From a virus (lineage: Duplodnaviria; Caudoviricetes), in IMG/VR virus record IMGVR_UViG_3300010398_000448, positions 1 to 29,148 of that record: a stretch of 29,148 bases of DNA; one strand, given 5' to 3'. Positions 15,488 through 24,536 of the stretch are shown here, piece by piece. Every line of letters begins with the position of its first letter. Position 1 is the first letter of the stretch. Both the position numbers and the translations under genes were made by a program. Below the pieces are notes generated by a model. That model saw nothing but the letters and a program-made list of their open reading frames with translations, did not search any database and had not been told where the DNA came from.

Positions 15488-16351
15488 ATGGCGTGTACCA
15501 TTACTCCACCGAGAACAGACCTGCCGTTTATCACTCTCAATCCTACGGTTGCGAACACGTGTCTGACGGATATCTCACATGGCACAGTGGTGGCGAATAC
15601 CGATGGAAGCGGAACGGTTTCCCGTACCAGTTCATCAAGCCTCAGCGGTCAGTGGATTTCAATTGAATGTGAGGGTTTCAGTCTTCCGCCCGGAGTAGTT
15701 CCGGCCCAGCAGCAATATATATACGCGGTGATTGTGAGCGATCATCAGGTCACTGGAAATTCCGGGGTCGTCTATCACGATGCAGGGCCGACGCCTTGGA
15801 ACGGGTGTTCGACAACTCCATTTGGCCTTCCGATCGGCGTATTCAATATGCAGAACACTCAGGCGCCATGGGCCACAACGCAATTTACCTTGCAACTTTC
15901 ACCCAGCGGCACATACCCGACTCCTACGGCGGTTGATGTTACGACTATCGGAATTGATACCCGGAACAATTCAACACTTAACTGGACGACAACGCTGGAT
16001 TTGACGACCGTCCAGTGTGCGGCGCTGCTTGTCTATGGACCTACGCCCTCAGTTCCACCAACTAACCCGATCTTTCCGTATTCCAATCAAGCGATTGTCA
16101 ACAACCAAGGTGCGAAGGTGGGCAGATTTGCTCTGATTCATGTTGGCACTGCGGCGTCGATGGGTAACCCTCCATTTCCTCTAGCTCCGATTTACGCCGA
16201 TTCAACCGGTGCCCAGCAATCCAATCCGTTCATTGCCGATGAAGAAGGGAATTACACCTTCTGGGCCGCAGCGGGGGTTTATAGGGTCTCGGTCAATTAT
16301 GGCAACCAGGTGATTTATTTGCTGCCGATTACTATAGGGGCGGGTTCATGA
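15488..16351 (+). CDS. Thr-rich beta protein with a C-terminal copy of the head-binding-like module
   Basis: C-terminal ~92 aa closely match ORF 15202-15486. Confidence 0.75.
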   Translation: MACTITPPRTDLPFITLNPTVANTCLTDISHGTVVANTDGSGTVSRTSSSSLSGQWISIECEGFSLPPGVVPAQQQYIYAVIVSDHQVTGNSGVVYHDAGPTPWNGCSTTPFGLPIGVFNMQNTQAPWATTQFTLQLSPSGTYPTPTAVDVTTIGIDTRNNSTLNWTTTLDLTTVQCAALLVYGPTPSVPPTNPIFPYSNQAIVNNQGAKVGRFALIHVGTAASMGNPPFPLAPIYADSTGAQQSNPFIADEEGNYTFWAAAGVYRVSVNYGNQVIYLLPITIGAGS

Positions 16352-19128
16352 AACATGCCCTTCGGGTTCTCTCCATTTTATTGCTTCCATGCGCTGCTTT
16401 GGGGCAGTTCTTTCCTTATTCTGGGCAAAGTATTATTAACAGTAACGGAGCTAAAATCGGGGCATTCTCAAACATTACGGTCTGCACTTACGGGGCTAGT
16501 GGAACCCCTTGTAGCCCGAAGGCGACAATCTATTACGATACCAACGGTACGGCGAAGCCGAACCCGTTCAATGCCGACCAGAACGGGAACTTCAACTTCT
16601 TTGCCGCCACAGGAATTTATGTTTTAAATATCCAGTTCGGGCCCTCGGTCTATGCTTACCCGGTCAATATCAGCGCGAGCGGGCAGTCAGTCTTATGCAC
16701 TCTTGGTACGGGAATAGACGCCGGGGCTTCGATTCAGAACTGCATTAACGTCCTTCCGGCCTCTGGCGGGGTGGTGGACGCGAGCTTGATTACCGGAGCG
16801 CAAACCGCAGCAGCCAGCATCGTTGCCAACAAGCCTGTGACGTTGAAGCTTGGTAGTATCACTCTTGCATGTTCTCAACCCGGAGGTGCGCCGTGTATCA
16901 CCGTCTCGTCAAATGGTGTACGCATTTCTGGGGTCGGTTCCGCGAGCGTTTTGCAGCAGGCGAACGTTGGAACAACCGGATCCCCGCGGAACATTATTTC
17001 CAATACGAGCGGGACGACTACCGCCATAACGGACTTTGAAGCCGACAACCTTAAGCTGGTTGGAGTGCCGGGAACGAATTACGCCGGCGGGAACAACGGA
17101 GTCGATATAATCCAAGGAACCCGCGTCAGTGCCCATGACCTAAAATGCACTGGCTTGCAGCTTGAGTGCGTCAAAGTTCAGAACTCGGTTGATGTCGCCA
17201 TACGCTCCAACGAGGGGTATTCCCTTTCAGGCGGGATAAGGCTGATCGGCGTCCGGCATTTCAGGATCCACCATAACAACTTCCATGATACCCAGAACGC
17301 TGCAACTATCCTCTCGATCCCATATGCAGTTGACTCGGTAAGTGGGACAGGTTTCCCGCCATCGGTTGATGGGGTGATCGACGGGAACGTAGCCACCAAC
17401 TATCCAAATACCGAGGCGGTCCTGATCCACGATGGGTCAAACCTCACCATAACTGCGAACGTTGGTAACAATGTCTCGACGCTGGTTTCCCTGATCCCCT
17501 TTGCAGCTCCCGATGCGGTCATGAACTGGGTCGTAGTCGGGAACACGATGAACGGGACTTTAACTGCATCTTCGCAGCCCTCGGGCTATGGGATAGCGTG
17601 CAATGGGCAATCGGGCTTGGTTGCCTCGCACGGGTCCATTTCAGGGAACACGGTCAACAATGCCAACCGGGCCATCCTCTACGATACCCAGTCTGGAATC
17701 GGCGTTAACTTCTGCGATGACGTTGAAGTGGTGGGAAATACGGTTCACGGAGCCGGGGGCCACGGTATAGAACTCGCGGCGGGTGTAACGCGGGTGAATA
17801 TTCACGGCAACATGGTAACGGACGTGGTGGCTTCGACAGGAACCTATCGGGATTGCATAGCGGTACTGCCGAATGTCTCTGGCCTGAGCGGCCGCGTTGA
17901 TGGAAACTATTGCGACTCAGCGGGCGTTAACGTGCGCCTCGACTCCTACGTTCCTTCTCTGATTATCGGGCCTAACAATGTTTTTACCAACGTCACGAAC
18001 AGCATTACGGACGCTTTCAACGCCAAGGTTGACAGCGTTTTGCCTATTCCGGTGCGGCTGTCGATTGGCGCAGGTTTGCAGCCAGTCTATCCTCTGGACA
18101 TTCAGAAGCAATATAACAGCGGCCTGTTGACGGCGGGAACTCCAGCCGGAACCACGAACAATGCCGGTAGCCTTTCGGCTGGTAGCTACAGGGTTCAGTG
18201 GACCTACGTTAATATTCTCGGGCAGGAAACTACCCCTGGCCCTGAAGCAATCTTTGTTGTTCCACCGAGCGGCAATATCTCCTTGAACGCGCCAGTCTCG
18301 CAGCCGGGGATGGCACAGTCTTATCACATTTATGCCACGGCTGCTGGAGGCGCGACCGGAACAGAAAAGCAGTGCGATTCTGGAAACGGAATAGATTTCA
18401 GTACCGGCTATAACATTGCTACCGCTTGCGCCGGGGCATTGGCTCCTGGAGTCAATGGAACAATTGGGCCGGAACTACAGCTTAAAGTTAACGGGATTGA
18501 AGCACCTTACACAACCGACTCGACAGTGGGATATGGGGCTCAGATACAGAACCAGATTGCAACGGGCAACACGCAGAATACGACCTCGGTTAAAGGCGGG
18601 GCAACCATCGAGCACGACCATTTTGGGACCGGCACGATGACTAAGCAGGAAGGGGTTACTGCGGTTGCTGCTAACCGGTCAACTGGGACGATCAGCACTG
18701 GAAATGGGCTTGACTCTACTATGGTTAATTTGGCCGCCGGGACAATAACGGAAGGGCATGGCGTGGTGAGTCAGCTCGTAAATAATGGCGGGGGCACATT
18801 TACAACGGGCATGACCTATTATGCCTTGCCCCCGGCGGCCCCACAGCCGATTGGAACTTACTATGCCTTCCGCGCTGACGATCCGGGAGCTAACTGCACT
18901 ACCTGCTGGCAATTTTATTCAACAGGAACCAAGCCGAGCTTTTTAGGTGGGCCACTCCAGTTGGGGCCTCGGACGATAAGCACATTGCCTGCGGCCGGCT
19001 CAAATGTTGGCATGATAACAGTGGTCTCCGACTCGACGGTGATTGCCGCTGAAGGCCAAAACTGCGCCTCGGGTGGAACGACAATAGCGCTAGCATTCAG
19101 TTCCGGAGCTCAGTGGAAGTGCTTCTGA
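16348..19128 (+). CDS. Tailspike-like right-handed beta-helix (pectate lyase-like) protein with N-terminal signal peptide and head-binding-like module
   Basis: MKHALRVLSILLLPCAALG/Q; DAGASIQNCIN.LP..GG.V; repeated V.GNT/I.GN.V strands; C-terminal TLP..VSDS..GG...SSG.QW module. Confidence 0.85.
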   Translation: MKHALRVLSILLLPCAALGQFFPYSGQSIINSNGAKIGAFSNITVCTYGASGTPCSPKATIYYDTNGTAKPNPFNADQNGNFNFFAATGIYVLNIQFGPSVYAYPVNISASGQSVLCTLGTGIDAGASIQNCINVLPASGGVVDASLITGAQTAAASIVANKPVTLKLGSITLACSQPGGAPCITVSSNGVRISGVGSASVLQQANVGTTGSPRNIISNTSGTTTAITDFEADNLKLVGVPGTNYAGGNNGVDIIQGTRVSAHDLKCTGLQLECVKVQNSVDVAIRSNEGYSLSGGIRLIGVRHFRIHHNNFHDTQNAATILSIPYAVDSVSGTGFPPSVDGVIDGNVATNYPNTEAVLIHDGSNLTITANVGNNVSTLVSLIPFAAPDAVMNWVVVGNTMNGTLTASSQPSGYGIACNGQSGLVASHGSISGNTVNNANRAILYDTQSGIGVNFCDDVEVVGNTVHGAGGHGIELAAGVTRVNIHGNMVTDVVASTGTYRDCIAVLPNVSGLSGRVDGNYCDSAGVNVRLDSYVPSLIIGPNNVFTNVTNSITDAFNAKVDSVLPIPVRLSIGAGLQPVYPLDIQKQYNSGLLTAGTPAGTTNNAGSLSAGSYRVQWTYVNILGQETTPGPEAIFVVPPSGNISLNAPVSQPGMAQSYHIYATAAGGATGTEKQCDSGNGIDFSTGYNIATACAGALAPGVNGTIGPELQLKVNGIEAPYTTDSTVGYGAQIQNQIATGNTQNTTSVKGGATIEHDHFGTGTMTKQEGVTAVAANRSTGTISTGNGLDSTMVNLAAGTITEGHGVVSQLVNNGGGTFTTGMTYYALPPAAPQPIGTYYAFRADDPGANCTTCWQFYSTGTKPSFLGGPLQLGPRTISTLPAAGSNVGMITVVSDSTVIAAEGQNCASGGTTIALAFSSGAQWKCF

Positions 19129-19129
19129 T

Positions 19130-20011
19130 ATGCCAGTACTGAGAACATTAGGCGAAGCCTACCCGACACTTGATGAGATCTTTTCATCGGTCCGCGTATA
19201 CCTTAATGACACGTTCAAGGGCGTCACTCAGACCTACGGTGAAGGGCGTGTATTTACCACCAGCGCCGCAAACATGTGGACGCCATCAATAACGATTCTC
19301 AATCTAGCTACACAGGCCCTTCAGCGCGACCTCAAGGGGTATGGAGTCAAGACGACGATGGAGGAGATTTTCTATGCTTCAATTCCTCCCGTGAACGGGC
19401 CTCAAGGGCTGGCCGTTCCAGATCCGACCGTTCAATGCTATCTTGACTTCAATGGATATTGGGACGGATCGGTTCTTCATGGCAACCCTCCAACACCCTC
19501 GAATCCAAGCGGCGATCCGTCCCTGCCTATTAACCTGCTGATGCCCCTCGACATCTGGGAACGGGACGCCAGCTCCAATCTAGACTTCGGGCCGATTAGC
19601 CAGGCGCAGAACGGCTTGCCGTCGATCTACCAAAGCTATTCGCTGGGCCTTTGGGAATGGCGAGGAAACGCGATTTACTTCAACGGTGCGATTATCCCCA
19701 AGGACATGCGAATGCGGTACGTGGCGAGCCGCCTGCCCAAGTTTCCGGTAACCCTAGATCCGAAGCTGTTTCCGATAACTTATATTCCGTTCCCGGATAC
19801 GCTAGACGTTTTGGCCCTGCGTACTGCGTACATCTTTTCGGAGTCTAGGCTTCCAGCGGGTGGGGCCAATGAGCTATTGGCTCAATACAACGAGGGCGTA
19901 ACGAAAATTGCTGGCGACACCGTGAAAAGAATGCAGCGAACAAAGTTCTCCCGCCGGCCGGCAGTTGGGGATTGGTTCGGAAACACCGAATGGGGTGGTG
20001 GGCCGGCGTGA
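19130..20011 (+). CDS. Putative head-tail adaptor (tail tubular A/P22 gp4-like)
   Basis: Size and position; LN.A...L, LP.....P..IWER, WEWR...IYF pattern. Confidence 0.6.
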   Translation: MPVLRTLGEAYPTLDEIFSSVRVYLNDTFKGVTQTYGEGRVFTTSAANMWTPSITILNLATQALQRDLKGYGVKTTMEEIFYASIPPVNGPQGLAVPDPTVQCYLDFNGYWDGSVLHGNPPTPSNPSGDPSLPINLLMPLDIWERDASSNLDFGPISQAQNGLPSIYQSYSLGLWEWRGNAIYFNGAIIPKDMRMRYVASRLPKFPVTLDPKLFPITYIPFPDTLDVLALRTAYIFSESRLPAGGANELLAQYNEGVTKIAGDTVKRMQRTKFSRRPAVGDWFGNTEWGGGPA

Positions 20012-20115
20012 ACGGAACAGCAATCGACGTTAGCATTTATATCTGTATTTTGGTAATCGTTCTTATGCTCGGCGGCTTTGTGTTCGCGTGGTGGCGCAAG
20101 AGAAACGGCAAATGA
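20008..20115 (+). CDS. 35-aa single-TM microprotein MNGTAIDVSIYICILVIVLMLGGFVFAWWRKRNGK, not in the ORF track
   Basis: GTGA overlap with the upstream stop and ATGA overlap with the downstream start. Confidence 0.75.
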   Translation: MNGTAIDVSIYICILVIVLMLGGFVFAWWRKRNGK

Positions 20116-23100
20116 GCTTCAAGCCAGTAATTCCATTTCGGGAAGTTGAGAACGTGAAGTGGGGCGGCCTCTATACGGAGTCCGATCCTGCAGCGCTGCC
20201 AATGGGGGCGAGTCCGCAATGCTATGACATTGACTTCTTCATTGCTGGGATGGGAACCCGGCCGGGTCTTTCTAACCCAATCACGTCTTACTTACCCACT
20301 CTTCCCTCGGGCTGCTTGATTGAGTGGCTTAAGTCGATGCGCCAGCTTCTTGGGCCGAAGAACCAGACGCTAATGCAGGAATCCTCGGGTGGTCTGTGGG
20401 TTGAGGATTTAACCAACCAAGGAGTATTCAACAGAATTTACAACGGCGTCCTGAGCGGTGCCCGTGCGATCTCGGAAACTATCGGAGCGCGGGAGTACAT
20501 CTGCCTGTCGGACTTGACGCAAGGCTTAGATGAGCCGCGGCAGTGGGATGGTACTAACCTGGATCGGATCTCTCAGGTTGGCCCCGGCGTAGGTCCTAGC
20601 GTTCCGTCTGTTTCTTCGCCGCTGTTCCCGATTCAATCCATTACCGAGATTTATACCCCAGTCAATCTCAATTCTATTTCCTGGGGTTCGGCTATTAATC
20701 TTTATACGGCCCAGCAGCCATCACAGATGCTTGTGTTCCTGAGCGCTGTCGGGAGTACGACATTTACGAAAGGCTTAAATGTTGGAGACATCGTGTATGT
20801 CTCGGGTTCGGTTCCATTAAACGGATTCGATCAGAACGGAACTTATACGGTTGAATTCATCGGACTCTACACCGATGCAGATGGAACCCGGCAATACTTC
20901 CAGGTTACGGCAAACCAGGTAAACAATGACTTTGCGCGGAACACGGCAGTGGGTCAATTCCAGAAAACACAAGCCCTGGTACAGCTCACAAACCCACTTC
21001 CACAACAAGACGTGGTGGTTGGAAACAAGGTATCTATTGCTGGTGCCTCGGTTGCGCAGTGGGATGGTACATGGTCGATTGTGGCGACTCCGACCGAGGG
21101 GCAGTTGCAGATTACTTCGACGGAACTCGCGGGAAATGTAGCAACCTACGACTACAACGTGATTTCCGGCACTGCCCCCGGTTGGCAGGCCGATACGTTC
21201 TATGCGCAGAGTTCGCAGATTGTTGACCCTGCTGGTAGCGTATGGCAAATCACCACACCTGGAATCAGCGGCGCGACAATCCCGCCTTTTGTTGGTCCGA
21301 CACAGAATGACGGCTCGGCCGTTTGGACTCTCCAGCCTACGGCCACAATGTCTGTTACGGTGTTCAACACCAGTAACGGCAACGGGATTTTCAACGTTCA
21401 GAACGCATTCATTACTTCGGCCAACCAAACCTCTTTCAGGATAGCGCTTACCAGCCCAAATATTGTGGCGGCTGCAGAGACCGGCCTTGCGGTTTCCGGT
21501 ACGGGCAGCGCTCTGATTATCGATCCCGGCACCAAGAGTCTTGGGAGTGGGAACCCTGGCAGCAATCCCATTTACGGCAATTCGACGGGCGGAAACATAT
21601 TGGTGGTGGATCCCAACGTGGCCCCCGGGCTGCGCTATGCGGTGGTTTTGTACGAGACGCGAAATGGCTACATCACGGGTCAATCTCCCCCTGTGGCCTT
21701 CTATACAACCGGCGCAAGCACAAAGCTTACATTCAATAACATTCCTGTCGGGCCACCAGCCGTTACCCGCCGCATTGTGGCATTTACTCTAGCTAACGCC
21801 GGGATCGGCGGGCCGTACTTCTACATTCCACGCAACGTGCTGCTACCTGGGAGCGCTGCGAGTCTGGGACAGACTGTAACGGTCAGCAAGACGGTGATTG
21901 ATGATAATACCAGCACGTCGCTTGGTCCGATTAACATTCGGGATGATGTCCTTGCAAACTCGGTGAATATTACCGTGCCCGGAAACAATCTCCAGCAACA
22001 GCGCGAACTTGCCCCCTGTGTTAAGGCGATTCAGTTTATGGGCCGAGCTTTTTATCTGGGCGAGCGCGTTAAGGTAGATCAGTTTGTGAATACCACCTTT
22101 GATGGTGGTTCAGTCAACGGCCAGCCTACGGGATGGGATATTTCTAGTGTGCTTAGTCCCTTTGTAAGTCTCCAGCCAAGTCCAAGTTCCGGCCAGTCGC
22201 TTTATATTAAAAACACTTCGGGTTTTACGTTGAATTCAACGGGACTTCTCAGCTCGTACAGAACGCTTTCACAGACGGCGCACGAGACATACCTGAATAC
22301 AGAGATCATTCAGGAGTCAACGCTTTATTCGGTTCGCATCAAGGCGTCCATACCTTCGGGAAATACGGTGGGTTCTCTTATTGTGGAACTCTACTCTCCT
22401 TCGCTTAACCAGAATTGGGCGGCAACGATTCCGTTTACTTCGCTGAGTACGGCAATGAACGAAATTACCCTGCCCTTTGGAAACCCCTCATGGGCGCCGG
22501 TCCCCTCCGATCTCCAACTGCGCGTCTACCCCAAAGACCTGCCGCCGAATGGTGATGTCCTGGTAGACCGTATCGAGGTTTTTCCAACCCAGCAGCCGGT
22601 TTACACAACGCAGATTGCGGGTAGCTATATCGAGAATTACGAAGCTATAGACGCGGTGACCGGGAAGCTTGACACTTCTGCAAACACGTCCGAGCCGCTG
22701 ACCGATCATTACCGGTTTCTGGACCGGTATTTTGTAACCACCGACAATCGGACCTTCTCCCCGATTCAGACGACCGATGAGCCTTCGGGCTGGGAGATCA
22801 GAGAGGTATCGAATGCCGCGGGCAGCTTGGGGCCACTGGCATCGGATGTCGGGCCGGAATATGTTGTTTCCGCTTCGCACGATGGTGTGTACATTTTCGA
22901 TGGTGGTTCGCACCAGAAGATATTCCGCGAGATCCAGCAGATTTGGGACTTGATCTACGAGCCGGCCAGGCGAACGATTTGGATCAAAAACGATATCAAG
23001 GCGCAGAGGATCATGATCGGACTGCCGCTGCCGACTCCAAACAAGTTCCTGCCGAATGCGGCCCAGAACATAGCGCCGATTACCCCAAACGTAATTTTGA

Positions 23101-23711
23101 TGTGTTCGTACCTGGGCCTTCCTACGGGTCGGGATATAGCGGCCGCGGACCCGGTTTCCGTTTCAATGTTTACAGGTTCTCTTTTATTTCATGATAAGAG
23201 AAGAAAATGGAGTTTTTGGCAAATACCGGCCGCAATTGGTTCTATTGTTGATCGCGCTGATGGTTCAAGAAAAGTTTGGTATGGTCAACTCAGTGTTATT
23301 TCCCAACAAACGGAAAATCCTGATCTTGATCCGGCTTTAGCCAACGATAATGGTGTGGGTATAAAAAGCAGTTATACAACCTTTAGTCATCAGGACCCAC
23401 TTACGGTAGAAAAATTTCGCCTTCCTTCTGGACAGAAACTTTACGGTTATTTTTATGCAAGGATCGAAGGTAACGGGTCTTGGACATTGACAACGATCCC
23501 AGAGGATTTGGAAAGTCCCTATGCCGATACACAGCCTCCTTTTCCATTGATTAATCCAGCTCTGGACGATACGCAGGCTCCATTGAATGAAGTTGGAAAC
23601 CGAATGTATATTCGCATCCAGAGTGACGGTATTGCTGGAACTTGCTGGAAGATAACTAGGTCTGTCGTCGGAATTTCTGAAGGTTCAAAATTTGTGGTTA
23701 CTGGGAGGTGA
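20112..23711 (+). CDS. Putative tail nozzle/DNA stabilization protein (P22 gp10/tail tubular B-like) with inserted beta domains; start likely ATG 20112
   Basis: N-terminal WGGLYT...LP.GASP...D..F....TRPG; propeller-like C-terminus (GVYIFDGG..KI..EIQ.IWD.I); follows the adaptor gene. Confidence 0.7.
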   Translation: MSFKPVIPFREVENVKWGGLYTESDPAALPMGASPQCYDIDFFIAGMGTRPGLSNPITSYLPTLPSGCLIEWLKSMRQLLGPKNQTLMQESSGGLWVEDLTNQGVFNRIYNGVLSGARAISETIGAREYICLSDLTQGLDEPRQWDGTNLDRISQVGPGVGPSVPSVSSPLFPIQSITEIYTPVNLNSISWGSAINLYTAQQPSQMLVFLSAVGSTTFTKGLNVGDIVYVSGSVPLNGFDQNGTYTVEFIGLYTDADGTRQYFQVTANQVNNDFARNTAVGQFQKTQALVQLTNPLPQQDVVVGNKVSIAGASVAQWDGTWSIVATPTEGQLQITSTELAGNVATYDYNVISGTAPGWQADTFYAQSSQIVDPAGSVWQITTPGISGATIPPFVGPTQNDGSAVWTLQPTATMSVTVFNTSNGNGIFNVQNAFITSANQTSFRIALTSPNIVAAAETGLAVSGTGSALIIDPGTKSLGSGNPGSNPIYGNSTGGNILVVDPNVAPGLRYAVVLYETRNGYITGQSPPVAFYTTGASTKLTFNNIPVGPPAVTRRIVAFTLANAGIGGPYFYIPRNVLLPGSAASLGQTVTVSKTVIDDNTSTSLGPINIRDDVLANSVNITVPGNNLQQQRELAPCVKAIQFMGRAFYLGERVKVDQFVNTTFDGGSVNGQPTGWDISSVLSPFVSLQPSPSSGQSLYIKNTSGFTLNSTGLLSSYRTLSQTAHETYLNTEIIQESTLYSVRIKASIPSGNTVGSLIVELYSPSLNQNWAATIPFTSLSTAMNEITLPFGNPSWAPVPSDLQLRVYPKDLPPNGDVLVDRIEVFPTQQPVYTTQIAGSYIENYEAIDAVTGKLDTSANTSEPLTDHYRFLDRYFVTTDNRTFSPIQTTDEPSGWEIREVSNAAGSLGPLASDVGPEYVVSASHDGVYIFDGGSHQKIFREIQQIWDLIYEPARRTIWIKNDIKAQRIMIGLPLPTPNKFLPNAAQNIAPITPNVILMCSYLGLPTGRDIAAADPVSVSMFTGSLLFHDKRRKWSFWQIPAAIGSIVDRADGSRKVWYGQLSVISQQTENPDLDPALANDNGVGIKSSYTTFSHQDPLTVEKFRLPSGQKLYGYFYARIEGNGSWTLTTIPEDLESPYADTQPPFPLINPALDDTQAPLNEVGNRMYIRIQSDGIAGTCWKITRSVVGISEGSKFVVTGR

Positions 23712-24069
23712 TGCGTCGATGGTAGGCAACGCATCTGGCTTTATTGCATGCCCTGCAATATCTGAGGATTTTTCCATGGAGGTGCTTGTAAAGCGTATTC
23801 TCAGCATTGTATTCGTGTCCTCTGCTGCAGTGCGTAAGTTTTCTTGTCCAATCGAAGGCCCGATGGCAGCCAACACAGAGTCTTTTATAATCGGCAGGAT
23901 TATCAAATTGCCCTGTAATATTAGCCCATTCATATTTCTTTTTGGGATCAGTAGTTCCACACAGTTCGCAATAAATTGGTTTGCCAAGCAAGTTTCTTAC
24001 TTTGTGATGAAGTTCAAGATAGCGCTTGCGGGAAATGGTTTTTGTGAGGTGTACAATATTTCTGGGCAT
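23698..24069 (-). CDS. HNH-like endonuclease (GKP..CE.CG..YEWAN..RLC..CH family) with a THC.RGH..EN..CR.C Zn module; start likely ATG 24069
   Basis: Motifs in the translation; SD GGAGG before ATG 24069; antisense to the operon. Confidence 0.75.
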   Translation of the reverse strand: MPRNIVHLTKTISRKRYLELHHKVRNLLGKPIYCELCGTTDPKKKYEWANITGQFDNPADYKRLCVGCHRAFDWTRKLTHCSRGHEYNAENTLYKHLHGKILRYCRACNKARCVAYHRRITSQ

Positions 24070-24142
24070 TCGGCCTCCATACAGGTCGTATGTCAAGGGC
24101 CGCAGTGACCGCGCAAACGGTTCTGCGGCTCGTTTGATTATA
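24065..24142. promoter_or_regulatory. Twin-hairpin + TATAAT module upstream of HNH-2
   Basis: Hairpins at 24065-24094 and 24097-24131; minus-strand TATAAT at 24142-24137. Confidence 0.7.
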
Positions 24143-24146
24143 ACCC

Positions 24147-24536
24147 ATGATTGTGCGTGATTGGAAGCAAGAAGATATGCCTACCTTGGCGCAGCTGCAT
24201 GGTGAGAGTGTTCCTGGCTACCAACTACCAAAGGAGTTCGGGCCTTTGTACTGCGTGCAAAAAACGGTGTTGAGCGAGGAAGGAAAAATCGTTGCGATGG
24301 CGGCTGTCAAGCTTACATCCGAGGGCTTTCTGTGGGTTGATCCGAAATCCCCAAAGATCACGCGCACTAAAGCACTCATCATGCTCAACGAGACATGCAA
24401 GGAAGAAGCCAAGAAGATTGGCCTTGAGGATTGCAGCGCTTGGCCCCCGCCTCAGCTTCAGCGGACCTTTGGGAAGATCCTCCGCAAGCTGGGGTGGCGG
24501 CGGTCACCTTGGCGGAATTGGACGTTAGTTCTATGA
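24147..24536 (+). CDS. GNAT-fold-like protein of the podovirus tail/ejection module
   Basis: IVRD...ED...L..LH, EEGKIVA, LRKLGW; position before the ejection genes. Confidence 0.6.
   Translation: MIVRDWKQEDMPTLAQLHGESVPGYQLPKEFGPLYCVQKTVLSEEGKIVAMAAVKLTSEGFLWVDPKSPKITRTKALIMLNETCKEEAKKIGLEDCSAWPPPQLQRTFGKILRKLGWRRSPWRNWTLVL

Noticed and set aside
23692-24108. 138-aa + strand ORF opposite HNH-2
   Set aside because: Antisense shadow; the minus frame carries the clear Cys/His nuclease motifs.
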